Assembly (NCBI GenBank): GCA_013239625.1
Contig: MU054400.1
Location: 3,231,032 to 3,295,031 of the forward strand
Source of the DNA: Lama guanicoe
Lineage: Eukaryota
Length of the DNA: 64,000 bases
Direction of reading: 5' to 3'
The first letter of the stretch is position 1, and each line of letters begins with the position of its first letter. The notes under the pieces were generated by a model. It ran no database searches and was not told the origin of the DNA. It saw only the letters and a list, made by a program, of their open reading frames with translations. Shown in pieces: positions 26,718 to 39,434 of this stretch. A program made the translations under genes and the position numbers.

Positions 26718-27734
26718 ACGCCACAATTTTCGAACACTGCAACTCATCTCAATTTTCTCCCCAAGCCCCTCCTTTCTCATAACGCCCACTTCCCCCCAGG
26801 AAGCCCCTCGCATAGTCTGTCTTTGCTTCAGCCTTCTCTTCAATGGCTTTTTGTTTACTTGTTTTTAAGGCATTTCACTCCAGTGCTTTAACCATCATAG
26901 AGGCTAATCTCGAAATTCCTCTGTAGCAGGCTGGTATTTCTCTCTGTTGTAGTTGCTCTGGGCAGAAAAAAAAAAAAAAAGATTTTTCCCTCCCAGGGCC
27001 TCAGATAGCGCAGCCACATATAGGCAGGAGGCTTTTTCCTTCAGGACAGTTGCCAGATTTTTCTCTTGGGACCCCCAAGGTTCTTCATATTTCTAGTCTT
27101 TCTTTTTCAAGTTTTCCAATAGTAATAATTCACTCTAGTCAATCCAACACCCATTCTTTGACCAGCACATATGTTCCAAGAAATGGTCTAGAGCCTGAAG
27201 ATATGACGTGAGCAGGAAAGACCAAGTCATGGCCCTAAAGAAGCTAACCCCCTAGGGAGAGACAAACATCAAAAAAAAAAAAATACAGAGCTAAAGAATG
27301 CCAGGTTGAGAACGGCTATGATGCAAAATAAAGCAAAGTAAGAGGGCATGAAGTGGTGGGGTGTACCTCACACAGGGGGTGAGGGAGGACCTGGGAGGAG
27401 ATGGTGTTGGAACAAAGGCCCGAGTGAAATGAAAAATGCAAACCAAGAAACACAAGGAAAATATAATACGGTATTTAGCAGACCTGGGTTCTTTTATAGT
27501 TGGCCTGTGATTTTCCATTTGGATGAAGAGAAACTTACTAAAATTCCTTGTGTTATTTTTGTGCCAAGAGTTTACTTCCCCTTTGGTGTTACTGCTCCTC
27601 TCAAATTTAATAAGTAAACATTGAGTGCCTGTTCTCACAGGGGTCCGGCCCCGTACACCCTTGTCTATCCAGGGAAGAAACAAGGAATAGTCAAGCTGGA
27701 AGGGCATCTCAGAAGCCTTTGCTTCTAAGAACAG

Positions 27735-28205
27735 TGTCTTGGTTATCTAGCACTACATAGCAGAACAACTGAAAACGTAGTGCCTTACAACACAATTTCA
27801 CCTCACAATTCTGCGTGTTGAGGGCCCAGCTGGGCATTTCTGCTGCTCTCACTTGCTGTCTTTCACGTGGTTGCCATCGTATGATGGATGGGTCTGGTGT
27901 CCTCTGGGGCTTGGTGGGGCTGGAGCATCCAGGATGGTGTCATCACTCACATGTCCAGAGCCTCAGCGCTCCCCGCTGAGCTCTCACCCTCCTCGTGCCC
28001 CTCACCCTCCAGGGCCCCTTCCGTGGCCTCTCCCTCCAGCAGGCAGGCAGACTTGTTCCAGCACAGGCTGACTTCTAAGACCACAAAGGCAGAAGCTGTC
28101 AGGCCCTCCTAAGATTTAGGCAATGTCACCTCACCCACGTTCTACTGTTTAAAAGGGAGGCACAAAGCCAGTCCAAGTTACCCTGGAAGGGGACTGCACG
28201 AGGAT
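27735..28205 (-). mobile_element. MaLR MLT1G/H-like LTR
   Basis: ctcacaattctgcgtgttga...ggggctggagcatccaggatgg...gcagaagctgtcaggccctcct...cacaaagccagtccaag. Confidence 0.6.
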
Positions 28206-28223
28206 ATTAAAACAGAGACAGAA

Positions 28224-28367
28224 AGGGGAGGGTATAGCTCAAGAGGTAGAGCATGTACTTAGCATGCATGAGGTCCTGGGTTCCAACCCTAGTACCTCCT
28301 CTAAAAAGAAAGAAAGAAAGAAACCTAATTACCTCCCCCACCAAGAAATAAATAAATAAAATAAAAC
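28224..28367 (+). mobile_element. Vic-1-like SINE
   Basis: ggggagggtatagctcaagaggtagagcatgtacttagcatgcatgaggtcctgggtt...aaacctaattacctccccc plus A-rich tail. Confidence 0.9.
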
Positions 28368-31300
28368 AATTGGAACACATTTGAAAAATAAAGAAAAACA
28401 AAATAAAGTATGGGTGGAGCTCACTGGGGGCCATCTCAGAGACCGGCTGTCACCTCTATCAGTCTCACTCAAGTCATGCCAGTGGCTGAACCAGAATTCA
28501 GGGAACCTGTTTTCTTCACTATCTTTTTCCTTTTTAAACCAAACAGAGCCAACAGCTTATTTTGAACCCAAAGTAGTAATCACAGAGAGCTCAATGACAC
28601 AAAAAATGTTAAAAAAATTTTTTTTAATTAATTCCCTGGGCCACTCATTGGTCCCCTCCTCTTCTCCAAGCCAGAGCTCTCCTGCAGCATGCTTGTTTTC
28701 TTCAATTATGATATATATATTCCCATCCAAAAACACTGCATTAGCAGGGCTTATAGCTCAGAAATAAGTTCTAATCACGGTCACCAGCATTTCAAAGAGC
28801 TGCTGTGAAGATATACTACCTAAAACATGGGAATAAGGCAAAGGGGAAGGAATCGTGTCCTTTCTGTGTCACGCCGGGGCATGGCTTAATGAGCCTGCCA
28901 AAACATTATTCTGTTATCTAGGTGAACAGACCTGTGTTTAACTTTGCTACTTAGTTATTAGATTCTGAGATGTTTCATAACTTACCAATTTATGTCCAGG
29001 AAAAAATTAATGGTTTCTGTCTGGTATATAAAATAGCCCCAAAGATTTGACTTTATTTGTCCTGGAGGGTATTGACAAGTTTTGTATCTAACCTAGCAAT
29101 TTATTTTAACATTTTTTTAAATGCTTATTGTTACCCAGTTCCTCAGTTCCTCCTTGAACTGGCTTTACCTTCTTACTGGCTTCCTCATTAATGAGTTAAT
29201 GAATGCCACCAGCTCACTCTATATTTCTATGAGAGTCAGATTTTCAACTAGCAGAAAATTTCACTCTGACATTACAAAGGCTCCAGGGGAGCTTCCTGGG
29301 GGTAAAAAACCCAGGCCCTGGGCCACCATCCTCATCTCTGCAGAGTTGATTAACTTAGCCAACAGAACTGAATATTTTATTTGGCAGTAAAACTTTGCCA
29401 GAGTTATTCATGGGAGCGTCTCTTCCCATTGCTCAGGGCTCTTTTTCTGGGATTCAAGCAACTCGGGAAGGAAGAGGCTAAGTGCTTAAATTCAGACCAG
29501 AGTTTACCATCTTGAAAGATGAGAAGTTGTGTACAAAAGAAGCATCAGCGAGTAGAAATTTCTGGAGAAAGACCACCATCTCTGCCAATTCCATACTGGA
29601 ATTTTTTTAGCTTTTGCTTGAAGAAGTTAACAATTCTTATGCACCCATATAACACGTGAGATTTCCACGGGAGAAGCTCACCTAGACCCAGTGCCCCGGG
29701 CTCTGCTCAGCAGCTGCTCCAGGTTCTCAGTAAGTATCCAGGAAGAGATCCCAGCATTCGGTCTCCATCACATTATTGGATCTTTCTCTCCTGCTTTTCT
29801 CCATAAGTACACAGAGTAAGCAAAATCTCAGGCTAAAAATGCAGGGGTAGAAGACCTGTGATGTGTTATATTTTTCTTTACCTGAGCTTAATGTCTAGAT
29901 TGAGTCCACACTGGGCTGTCTGGTGGAAACGTAATCAATTCAGTTCAAAGCAAGTTCTGTTCCTCCTGCGTGGGTGCAGGGAGAGTCCAGGAGGATGTGA
30001 GAATGCTAGGCTCTCTGCCCGGCTGGACCGGACATGGTCTACCTGGTCCGGCTTACGCTGGGCTGAGTGTGGTAACTGCCACTGCATCTGTCACTTCCAG
30101 CCTCTGGTCCACCCTGGGGCTGACTACCACCCAGTGGAATCCTGGGGTCTCTGGGTCCCACAGTAAATGTATTTCTCTTCCTAACCCTTTCCAGGGAGTC
30201 TGAACATAGATGCCACTGGCCTTCTCTGTCCACATACACCAGGCAGCCATTTCTACCCCACAGCTCTCTTAGTTTAAAAAAATTATCCACAACTTGAAAA
30301 GAAGACAAAAAACAGGTTAGGTGTTCTTTAAAATTAATTGTAGTGCATCATGGAACAAGCCCTCTTATCTGAGGCTCTAAGGGCAACGTTTCTCAACTGT
30401 TTGGTTTTTTTTTTATATTTCCCCCCAAGGAGAAAATTTTAATTGTATATTCCATTTTAATTTTAATTAATTAACTTAAGCAAATTAATTTAATTAATAA
30501 TCAATTGGTTTTGATAATTGGTTTGATTTACCCCTAATGAGAGAAATTAAATAGGGCTACACATGGTTTAACTTTAAAAGTCATTGCTACCTGACTTGCT
30601 GGAGGTCGTTCACAGATATTTGAAGAGACTCCAGGCAGAAGCCTTGACAGAGGGGTGAATCTTGGGAGACCCAGAATTGTCACCATCCAATGCCGTTAAG
30701 TCAGAGCATCAGTTCCTCTGGTAACACTTTCTTTTTCTAACCTATTGAGCCAAAACAAGAGCCCTCTCTCAAAGCTTGCTCAGTTGCCTCTTTGAGTTTA
30801 TTCATCAGAAATGGGTGGGCAGTATTAGGGGCTGTTTGTCAAATATTTCTACTCTTTCCTCTACCACTCGGAAAACAAACTCCAGGGAGCCGATCTATGA
30901 CATCCTCGAAGCTTGTCTTTGCCAATCACAGCGTCTTCTCCTTTACTCCCTGCGTTTCCCCTTTCTACCACCTCCCTAAAATAGCTTCAGCTCATGTCCG
31001 TCCTTTTCCACCACAACTTGTTCTCATATAAATATCTGAGGGTTACGCATTCCTCAATGAGACTCCAATTCAATGTATTACCTTTTTCTGGTGTTTTAAG
31101 TCCTGACTCCAACTGTGAAAGCTTTGGCAGCCAGTGCAGAGTATTTCAAGCCTCAGTGACCAGGTGAGGTTGTTAAAGTGGGACGTGGTGGCCAGAACAA
31201 TGCTGACTGGCTACACAGTAGCGTGGTCAACAGGGAGTAATGGGGCAAAGAAGACTGACAAGGGATCTCAGATCCCCCAAGTGATACACTAATATTTGCC

Positions 31301-31629
31301 AAGTCGCTATTCTTTGCCAGCACTCTCAACTCTCATTTGGAGTTTTAGCAGAAATACAAGATCTGCTGATGGCTCTGGCACCATGAAGGAAAAGAATTCT
31401 CAACAGGAAGGAAGTGGGCAGCTCTTTTGGTGTGTGGATATTAATGAGCCCTTCTATTACTGTGCACAACCATCTCTGTCCCTCTGTCATGAAAAGGGAA
31501 ACTATGAATATACTCATAAAAATACAAGTACAGTTGAATTATCAAAGTTAAATAGATTTTATAGAAAGATAAATTCATAGGTTGAGAGTTTTGTTTTGTT
31601 TTGTTTTTTTAATAAAAGGAAAGGCTGAC

Positions 31630-34600
31630 CTCTGGTTCTAGCCGTGACAGAATTACAGGTGTCAGACTCACCCTCATGGGGTAAACAACGTGAAGCAACA
31701 GCTTTGTACTTCAGCCATCAGACAGCTTCAGAGAGGTGAAGTGCATGAGGTAAATTCTACACTCTCCCTAGCTTTCACTGTGGGGGCACTTCCCAAATCG
31801 TAGCACAAAGGAGACAAGACCAAATAAAGCACAGAAGCCTCGCCAGGCAGAGGAAACAACATTTTACAAGTGCTTAGGTATCTGGGATCTGTCGGGGCAG
31901 AGTACCAAAGAGGAAGGACTTGACAAAGAAGGGATCCCAGAGTCTGTAGGAGTCTCCTTGAGGCTGTGGCTGAATATTAAACTGCAAAAGTTCAGGCAAG
32001 ACTTTGTGTATCCTGGCAGAAAACAGCTACAGGGGAGAAGAGGTGCCTGGAGCTACATAGTGCTTCTGTATTGGACAAGGCTGGGAAAGCTGGAGCTCTC
32101 ACCAGCCAGAGTGGAAAAATCTTGCAAACTGCCCTGGATGTTCAGTTGAGATTTGAGAAAAGCAATGCTTTATGAGGAGGGCTATAATAATCTTAAATTA
32201 GGACAACACTAGATCTATCCCAATGGAGGTTAAAGTAAACTTGACAAGATCAAACTGATGTGCCAGTAAATTAACTGCTTGCCAGGTGGAAAGTCATTAC
32301 TCTTTAGGGAGGACAACAAAATCAAGGTTGTAAACAATGTGGCATCTACAATATTCAGCATGTGTTTGTAATAAAAATTATTAGACATAAAAGAAACCTA
32401 TATGAACTATAATCAAAAGAAAAAAAAGATTGCTCACAGACCCAGAGATGACACAGATGTTGAGGTTACCATACAAAGACTTTATAACCATTGTTAGAAA
32501 TATGTTCACTGATTCAAAGGAAAAGATGGACATAATGGTCAAACAGATGAAGAAGCTCAGCAAAGAAAAAGAAACCATAAAGTAAGTTAAGGGAAACTGT
32601 AAAACTGCAAAATACAGTAACTAAAATGAAAATTTTACCAGCTAAGCTTAACAAAAGATTACATAATCTAAAAGAAGATATCAGTGAACTTGAAGACAGG
32701 TCAAGAGCAACCGAAAAACAAAACACACAAAAAACAAAAAAATAAAAACTAAAAGGAAAAACTCTGAAGCACAGAGATGAGTTTAAATAGATCAAAAAGA
32801 AAAAAGAGTGCCAGTGATGATGAAACTATATAAAATGGAAAAAATGGTCTAACATGCGTATGATAGGAGACCCAAAATGGAAGAAACATGGAGCAAAAAT
32901 AATTTTGAAGAAATAATGACTAAAATTTTTCCAAATTTGATGAAAAATGCCAACTGACAGACCCAAGAAGCTTAACAAATCCTAAGCATATCATATTCAA
33001 TTTGTTGAAAACCAAAATAGAGAAAAAAACCTTAAAAGCAACCAGAATATAAAGACATGTTCTGTAAGAGGAACAGTGACAGGAATGAGAGCAAGCATCT
33101 CATCAAACATAGAATCATCTAGAAGACAAGGACAAGACATATTCAAAGTGCCAGAGGGGAAAAAAAGGGAGATCATTGACCTAGAATTCTGTATCAAGTG
33201 CAATTATCCTTCAAAATTCATGGAAAAAAAATAATGACAAAACAATTGTGAAGAGAATTTTTTCCCCAGCAGAAAGAAATATAAGATAAAGCTCTTTGTA
33301 CTGAAGGGAAACAATAGCAGATCGAAACAGAGACCTAAATAAAAGAGTGTAGCATGCTAGGAAGTATGCACCTGCAGGTAAAGAGAAAGTACTTTTCTCA
33401 TTTCTTTTTTGAAAAGACAATTTGCTATTCAAAGCAAAAATAATTTTTAAAAATGTACTGTGGGATTTATAAAAATAAAGGTAAAGGTAAAGTGAAAGAC
33501 AACAATAGGACTAAGGATGGGAGAGATAAATAAAAATATGCCGTTTTAAGTTTTTTACTCTATATATGGAGTATAATATTAATTCAAGGAAGACTATGGT
33601 AACATAAGGCTATATATTGTAATTCCTAGGACAATCACTAAAATAACTAAAAACCAATGGATGAGTTAAGATAGAATAATTATTTTTAAATACTTGGTTA
33701 ATCAAAAGAGAAAGACGAAAAGAAAGGAAAGAATAAAAAACAGGTAAGGCTGTGGTGGTCTTAACATTCAGCCATATCGGTAATTACTCCAACTGTGAGT
33801 GGAATAAAACTACAAGTAAAAGGCAAAGGTTGTCAAGCTAGACAAGTAAGAAAAATACATCATATGTTGCTTTCAAGAAATGAATTTCAAATATAGACAC
33901 AGGTTAAAAAAATAAAAGGTTGGGAAAGTTATACCATGCAAATCCTGATCAGAAGAAAGCCAGAGAGGCTACCACAAGAAGGGGAATTCATGACAAGGAA
34001 TATTACCAGAGATAATGCTGGGCACTTCATAATGATGCAATAAATAATGTGTTAAGAAAACATAGCAATCCTAAATGTGTACACATCTAACACAAAATTT
34101 CCAAATATTCCATGTAAAAACTAACAGAGCTAAGAGAGAAAGGGATCATTCCAATAACAAATCAGAAAAGTCCCATTTAAAATTAGGTATTTTAACATTT
34201 TCCCCCATGATTGATAGAACAAATATATTAAAAAACTAATAAATAAATAGAAGGTTTGAACAACACTGTCAGCCAATTTAATCTTATTGACGTTGATGGA
34301 ACACTATACCCAACAACTGTGGAATTCACATGTTTTCCAATTATATGTGGAATATTCATGAGATGGATCAGATGCTGGGCCATGAAAGGTCTCAATCCAT
34401 TTCGAAGAACTGAATTCACACAAAGCGTATTCACTAAAAATAATAAAATAAATAAAAATATGATCTTTGACATAGCAAGTCAATAACAAAAAGGTATCAG
34501 CAAAATCCCTAAACGATTGGAAGCTAAACAAAAAAGTTCTAAATAACCCATGCAATGAAAAAGAAATCACAAAGGAAATTAGAAAATACTTTGAACTGAA

Positions 34601-34670
34601 TGATAATGGAAGCAAAACACATAAAAACCTTCTGGAATGTGGCTAAAGCAATGCTTAAAGGGAAACAGCT
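31630..34670 (+). mobile_element. Ancient L1 (L1M-type) 5'UTR/ORF1/ORF2-endonuclease remnant
   Basis: A-rich degenerate ORF1 (atcagtgaacttgaagacagg; aattttccaaatttgatgaaaa; acctagaattctgtat) and ORF2 start (taattactccaactgtgagtgga; gaacactatacccaacaactgtggaattcacatg). Confidence 0.8.
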
Positions 34671-34724
34671 AGATATTTTGATGTATTTTGATTTCAAACT
34701 GTGTTTATTTGATTTTCATTTTAA

Positions 34725-34845
34725 TTTTTTCACTAAATTTTTTAAATTGTAATAAGAACATAACACAAATATTTTACCATTTTAGCCATTTTTAGGTGTA
34801 CTGTTCAGTGGCATTAAGTATACAAACATTGTTGTACAAACATAT
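34725..34845 (-). mobile_element. L1MB-like 3' end fragment
   Basis: tttaccattttagccatttttaggtgtactgttcagtggcattaagtatac...attgttgtac. Confidence 0.65.
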
Positions 34846-34849
34846 AATT

Positions 34850-35560
34850 GAATTTTATAGAATATTTTCTCCAACAACAGCACGATACACATTCTTCTCA
34901 AGTTCACGTATAACACTCACCAAGACAGACCATGTGCTGGTTGATAACACATTTTAACAAATTTAAAGAACAGAAATCGTACAAAGTAACATTCTCAAAC
35001 CATACAGAATTAAACTAAAAATCGGTAACAGAAAGATACCTGGAAAACCTTGAAATATCTAGAAGTTGAACAGCATACCTCTAAATAATGCATGAGTCAG
35101 AGAAGTTGCAAAAGAAATTTTTTAATATTACAACTGAAAAATATGAGTTATTATGCAATAAAAGCAGTGCTTAGAGACAAATTTATAGCATCAAGTGCAC
35201 ATATTAGACAAGAAAAGAAACTAAAATCAATGCCCAAGGTTTATACCTTAGGAAACTAGATGGATGAATAACAATTTAAACCCAAAGCAAGTAGAAGAAA
35301 AGAAATAATAAACTTAGAGCAGAAATGAATAAAATGGAAAACATTGGAGAAAATCAATAAAACTAAAAGCTAGTTGTTTGAAGAGATCCATAAAATTGAT
35401 ATACCTCTAGCCAAGATAACCAAGAAAAAAGAGATAATAAACAAGTTACCAATATCAGAAATAAAAGAGGGGCTGCTACTAATCCCAATGAAGTTTAAAA
35501 GATAATGCAAGAAAACTAAAAGCAACTCGTGCCCACAAATATGACAATGTAGATAAAATG
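34850..35560 (+). mobile_element. Second L1 ORF2 remnant (repeats the endonuclease-end region)
   Basis: ccaacaacagcacgatacacattcttctcaagttcac...caccaagacagaccatgtgctgg...ataaaattgatatacctctagccaagataaccaagaaaaaaga. Confidence 0.8.
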
Positions 35561-35687
35561 TGTGCGAAGAGCTTGAATGTTTATAACTGTATATTAGATG
35601 ATCATTAAATCAGAATAAGATTTTTATTTTTATTTTTTATTATTTATATTTATCTTTTCATTTAATGAGATTTATCCTCTTGACAAT

Positions 35688-35835
35688 TTTTTTTTAATTA
35701 AAGCCAGTCGGTTTAAAATGTTTTAATTTCTGGAGTACAACATAGTGATGCAGTTATACATATATATATGTTATATATATATATTCCTTCTCATATTCTT
35801 TTTCATAATACACTATTACAAGGTACTGAATACAG
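35688..35835 (-). mobile_element. L1 3'UTR fragment
   Basis: aatttctggagtacaacatagtgatgcagttatacatata...ctattacaaggtactgaatacag. Confidence 0.7.
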
Positions 35836-37509
35836 TGAGAATGTGTTTTAAAACCCTGGATATTTATACATGTTTATTTCATTTGAGTTTTTTGTCAAGA
35901 TCAATTTCCTCTTTCTGCAAGTATTCATAGATTCAATTTGAAAAACATTCAACCTTCAAAAGATGTCTTGAGCATCATTCAATTTTTTTAAGTTCAAGTT
36001 TCATAGAGTTAAAAAGAAGCCCATCTGATGGCAACTAAATCCACTGAGGAAAGCAAAGCAGAGATCCCTCTCGAAAGTAAACAGAGGCGATTTAAACCAT
36101 ATTTCACAGATAATAGATACCATAAATCCTTGTCTGGCCCTTTCACAGATAATTTCTCAGATAACAAACAGCTGACTTTCATACAAGTCCCTCTTTTATT
36201 CTTATAGTTCACATAGATTGAGCAAAGTCGGCTGCCTGATAATGCCATAGAATTTCCCTTAATTTTTTGTGCACTTTCATTTCTAGTCCTGACACTGAAA
36301 GAAACCAGGAAAAGTTCTTTGGCCCTGGAGCAGGTTAAGAGAAACTTTTCTCTCTGTTTCTCTCCCGTTATACTTCCCTTTGCCCAACCTCGGCCAATGA
36401 ATGGGAAGTAATCTTTAGAGTATCTTACTTGAGGTACCATAACCTCGCTGTGGTTTACATCACCAACTAGTCTGTCTTCAAAAGCAGTTCATACCTGAGG
36501 TCCAGTTTATAGTCACAAAATACTGGACTAGGGCACAGCCATTTTAAGGAGCAAAATGGATCTCACCACAGCCTATTCACCCAGGTTGATTTATAGCAGT
36601 CATGACAACGACTGAAATGCTCAGATTTCCTAAGCCAGCTTATACATAAACCAAACCTAAATTATCATCATCTCCAGTCTGCTCTGTCTCTCACTCGCTC
36701 ACTCTCTCTCTCTCTGTGCAATTTACTTGCTGCATTTTGCCACAAATTGGCTTAAGAGAAAAATTTACTGGGTGGACACAACACTTCTTCTTGTGGAAGG
36801 ATGCAGCATCCAGCAAATTTAATTAAGATATAAAAACCAAGGCTGAAGGCTAAGCCACTTAAGTGATAGCCCTTGCGTTCTGGAATCAGGAAAATCTCTC
36901 TTAGGTATTTAAGCACTTTAGTTTCATGAGAAGGGTCTGAGAGCAAAGTGGGCCGTATATTTCCATCTAGTCACTCTGCGGTGAGCTTGATCACTTTAAT
37001 GTGGCAGACGGTGGGGTCACGCCGTGTGTGAATAATGAGATGGACCCAAACAGCATCAGCTTAAATATATATCCGACCACAGAGTTTCCCCAGATCTCAA
37101 GGGCCAGTTTTCTCCCCTTTGTGGCCTTGTTGGCTTTTGAGTTATTGTTATGAAGTGTCTATTTGAACAGTAAATAAGTGAGAATTCTAAACAGCTGCAG
37201 GGCAGAGCCTAGAAAAATGACGGACAGCACAGCTGTCCGCTCTGGTTTCTATACACCCTGCTGCCCTGAAATCCAACGTGCCTGTTTAAACGGGGCACAT
37301 TCGCAGTTTTAGGGCGGCTAATAGGATCATCACCCAGTAATTCAGATCCCGTGGCATGTCTCTACCGGGGAGAGATCAGATTTCAATAGACGAGAGCTAT
37401 AAGGAAGGCGGTGATGGCCTGGGCATTCCTTGACATAGCAAAGCTCTCATATCTGAAAGTTAGAGGTGCACATCTAAATAAAAACTCCACTGGAGCCCCA
37501 TTCAAACCT

Positions 37510-38156
37510 GTCTCGAGGTCTACGAACAAGAATGACCTACCGTACAATATTTTAAAGGGGCTTCATTTAAGCCTGCTTCTGGGAGCCACTGTGATCCGCA
37601 GCAGAGCAACTGGCAAAAACCTTATCCCAAGTTCAGTTAGTCTCGACACGTTCTAGCAACCTTCCTTTTTAATGTATGACTCACTTTCTCCACTTTTCCT
37701 GTTGATTGTGGGCTCCAGGACGAATGCAGTTTCCTACAAATTTGCAATGCTTTAGACACTTGATCCGGACAAAAGCAGGCCTGTTACCACTTTGAAGGGT
37801 GCTGGGCAATCCAAGTCGGAGGATTCATTTCCTTAAGGAGGGCTTTCGCCACTTCAGAGGCTTTTTCTGTTGGAATGGGACACGCTTCTACCTGTCCTGA
37901 GAAAGTGTCTACAAACACTAGCGGGGATCTGAAGTTTCCTGCAGCTCGAGGTGTCTGAGTAAAGTCTGTCTGCCAGTCCTCGGGGGGGCCGCGCCTCTGT
38001 GGTGCGTGCCTGCCTGGGGAGGCCTGACAGCAGTCTTTGGGTTATTTTGGGCACAAAGCATGCAATTTTCAGTGACTCGCTGGATGGCCTTTTGTAGGTT
38101 AGGCTCCATTACACACTTGTGAATGCATTGTAAGGGGGCATCTCTCCCGTAAGCCA
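37510..38156 (-). pseudogene. ERV integrase remnant
   Basis: Zinc-finger part YGRDA...CMLCAQNNPK; core DWQTDFTQ...LVFVDTFSGQVEA...TEKASEVAKALLKE; KLHSSWSPQSTGKVEKV; SPFKILYGR; frameshifts and stops throughout. Confidence 0.9.
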
Positions 38157-38159
38157 CGA

Positions 38160-38400
38160 CTCAGGGTGAGGTCTCCGAGCTGGCATTCTAGGGGTTGTAA
38201 GAAGGAACGATTTCGTCCTCTAGAGACTCCCGTGACTGGGGTGGATTGAGATGTTTTCTGTGCCACCTTGGTGTTTACCACAGGGTATGTCGCACCTACA
38301 TCTATCAGAAATTACCCCCAATCAGCTCATTCCCCACTGTCAGCTCTACCCAGGGCTTCTGTGGGGAAGCTGGAATCAGGTGCCTCAAGTCCGAGGGAGC
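38160..38400 (-). pseudogene. ERV protease remnant
   Basis: SPQKPWVELTVGNELI / FLIDVGATYPVVNTKVAQKTSQSTPVTGVS...FLQPLECQLGDL; the catalytic DTGA has become DVGA (38291-38302); truncated and fused to integrase. Confidence 0.85.
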
Positions 38401-38480
38401 CCCTGCGTCTCTTTGCTTGTCATCAGAGTGTTCCTCTCTTTCTACCATATGAAAAGCTCCCACCTTCAAAAAAAAAAAAG

Positions 38481-39114
38481 CTTTCCTGGCTCAGCTTCAT
38501 AATTAGGTAAAATACACATGTCAAAGAGGTACCATCAACAGAACTGTGTATCCCAGAAAAATAAAAGGCACCTCATAGGCAAAGGATTGATACAGGAAGC
38601 TACCTAAAGGATGACTCAGCATCAGTCCCAGTCCAGAAAAGGTCTCAAGACTTCCCAGTACTTCAAGCCACATTATTTAGAAATGCCTTTGCAAGGACAG
38701 AAGAAGATGCAGTTAATGCTGCAGGGAAACTTGCTGCATCAATTATTCTCACTAGAAAACACACAGCCATAAACCCTGGTCCTCCTGGAACCTGGTCCAG
38801 TACACCAAAGAGAACTGTAAATCGTCCCGAGACAAACATTCCTGCTACAAACATAAATTTTGCTCCAGGATGTACATGATATTTTTCAAATACCGAAGAT
38901 GCCAGCAAGTCCAACAAAGCGTAACATCCAAAGATCAGGCCAATAACGGAATTACTGGCTCCTTTCTTTTCAGCCTTGCTGGGGAGAAAGGGTCCAAGGA
39001 TAGAACAGCACATCCTGGAACCTAAGTGAATGGAAGCTGCTGTTATTAGTACAAAAATTCGTTCTCTTGAAAGCTGATGGAGTGTCTGCCTTGCAGTTCC
39101 TGGAGGGCCATCAC
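38481..39114 (-). pseudogene. SLC18B1: SLC18B1 processed copy, N-terminal part (approx. residues 15-225)
   Basis: Translates as (G)DGPPGTARQTLHQLSRERIFVLITAASIHLGSRMCCSILGPFLPSKAEKKGASNSVIGLIFGCYAL...KAFLNNVA / VLGSLETFSGLGLMLSHPLGSFLYQSFAYEVPFIFLGYTVLLMVPL / MCILPNYEAEPGK. Matches recalled SLC18B1 (GDDPAGSAGETPGWLSREQVFVLISAASVNLGSMMCYSILGPFFPKEAEKKGASN...PNYESDPGE). Intronless, with two 1-nt frameshifts. Confidence 0.92.
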
Positions 39115-39434
39115 CCCTTAATGAGCAAGACTCGGGCAGGTCCTAAGAGTGTGCAGCATCCTGCTGTGATTAAGTTTCCAAAACCCACAAGCCTTTCCCT
39201 TAGATGTGGCATTTTATCACTGAGTAGGCCCAATGGTGGGGAAGAAATGGCATAGGATGGTGCCAAACCCAGGAATACTAGTCCCAGATACTCAGCTGGT
39301 AAGTTAAACTTCTCCAAAACAAAGAGGGATGGCATAGGAGGGAGGAAGCCAAAACATGAGCTGAGTGAGGTGATGATTGAAAGATACAAGGGCAACCTTG
39401 GGTGAAGTAAGTTTCCAAAGTGAGTATTTCCCTG
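39115..39434 (-). pseudogene. SLC18B1: SLC18B1 processed copy, internal part (approx. residues 223-330), placed upstream of the N-terminal part
   Basis: GKYSLWKLTSPKVALVSF / ITSLSSCFGFLPPMPSLFVLEKFNLPAEYLGLVFLGLAPSYAISSPPLGLLSDKMPHLRERLVGFGNLITAGCCTLLGPARVLLIK versus recalled GEHSFWKLIALPKVGLIAFVINSLSSCFGFLDPTLSLFVLEKFNLPAGYVGLVFLG...LLGPVPILHIKS. Confidence 0.92.

Noticed and set aside
36009..37500. Possible env or second captured gene downstream of integrase (including the 143-aa ORF at 36009-36440)
   Set aside because: I saw no env motifs, PPT or LTR, and no recognisable protein; it looks like ordinary flanking DNA. A translated search would settle it.
38468..38479. A12 run as a retrocopy poly(A) tail
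   Set aside because: It is T12 on the SLC18B1 sense strand, the wrong orientation; more likely slippage expansion of a T-rich stretch at the junction.
38481..39434. The functional SLC18B1 gene
   Set aside because: Intronless, permuted, frameshifted, lacks start and C-terminus, and lies inside an ERV.
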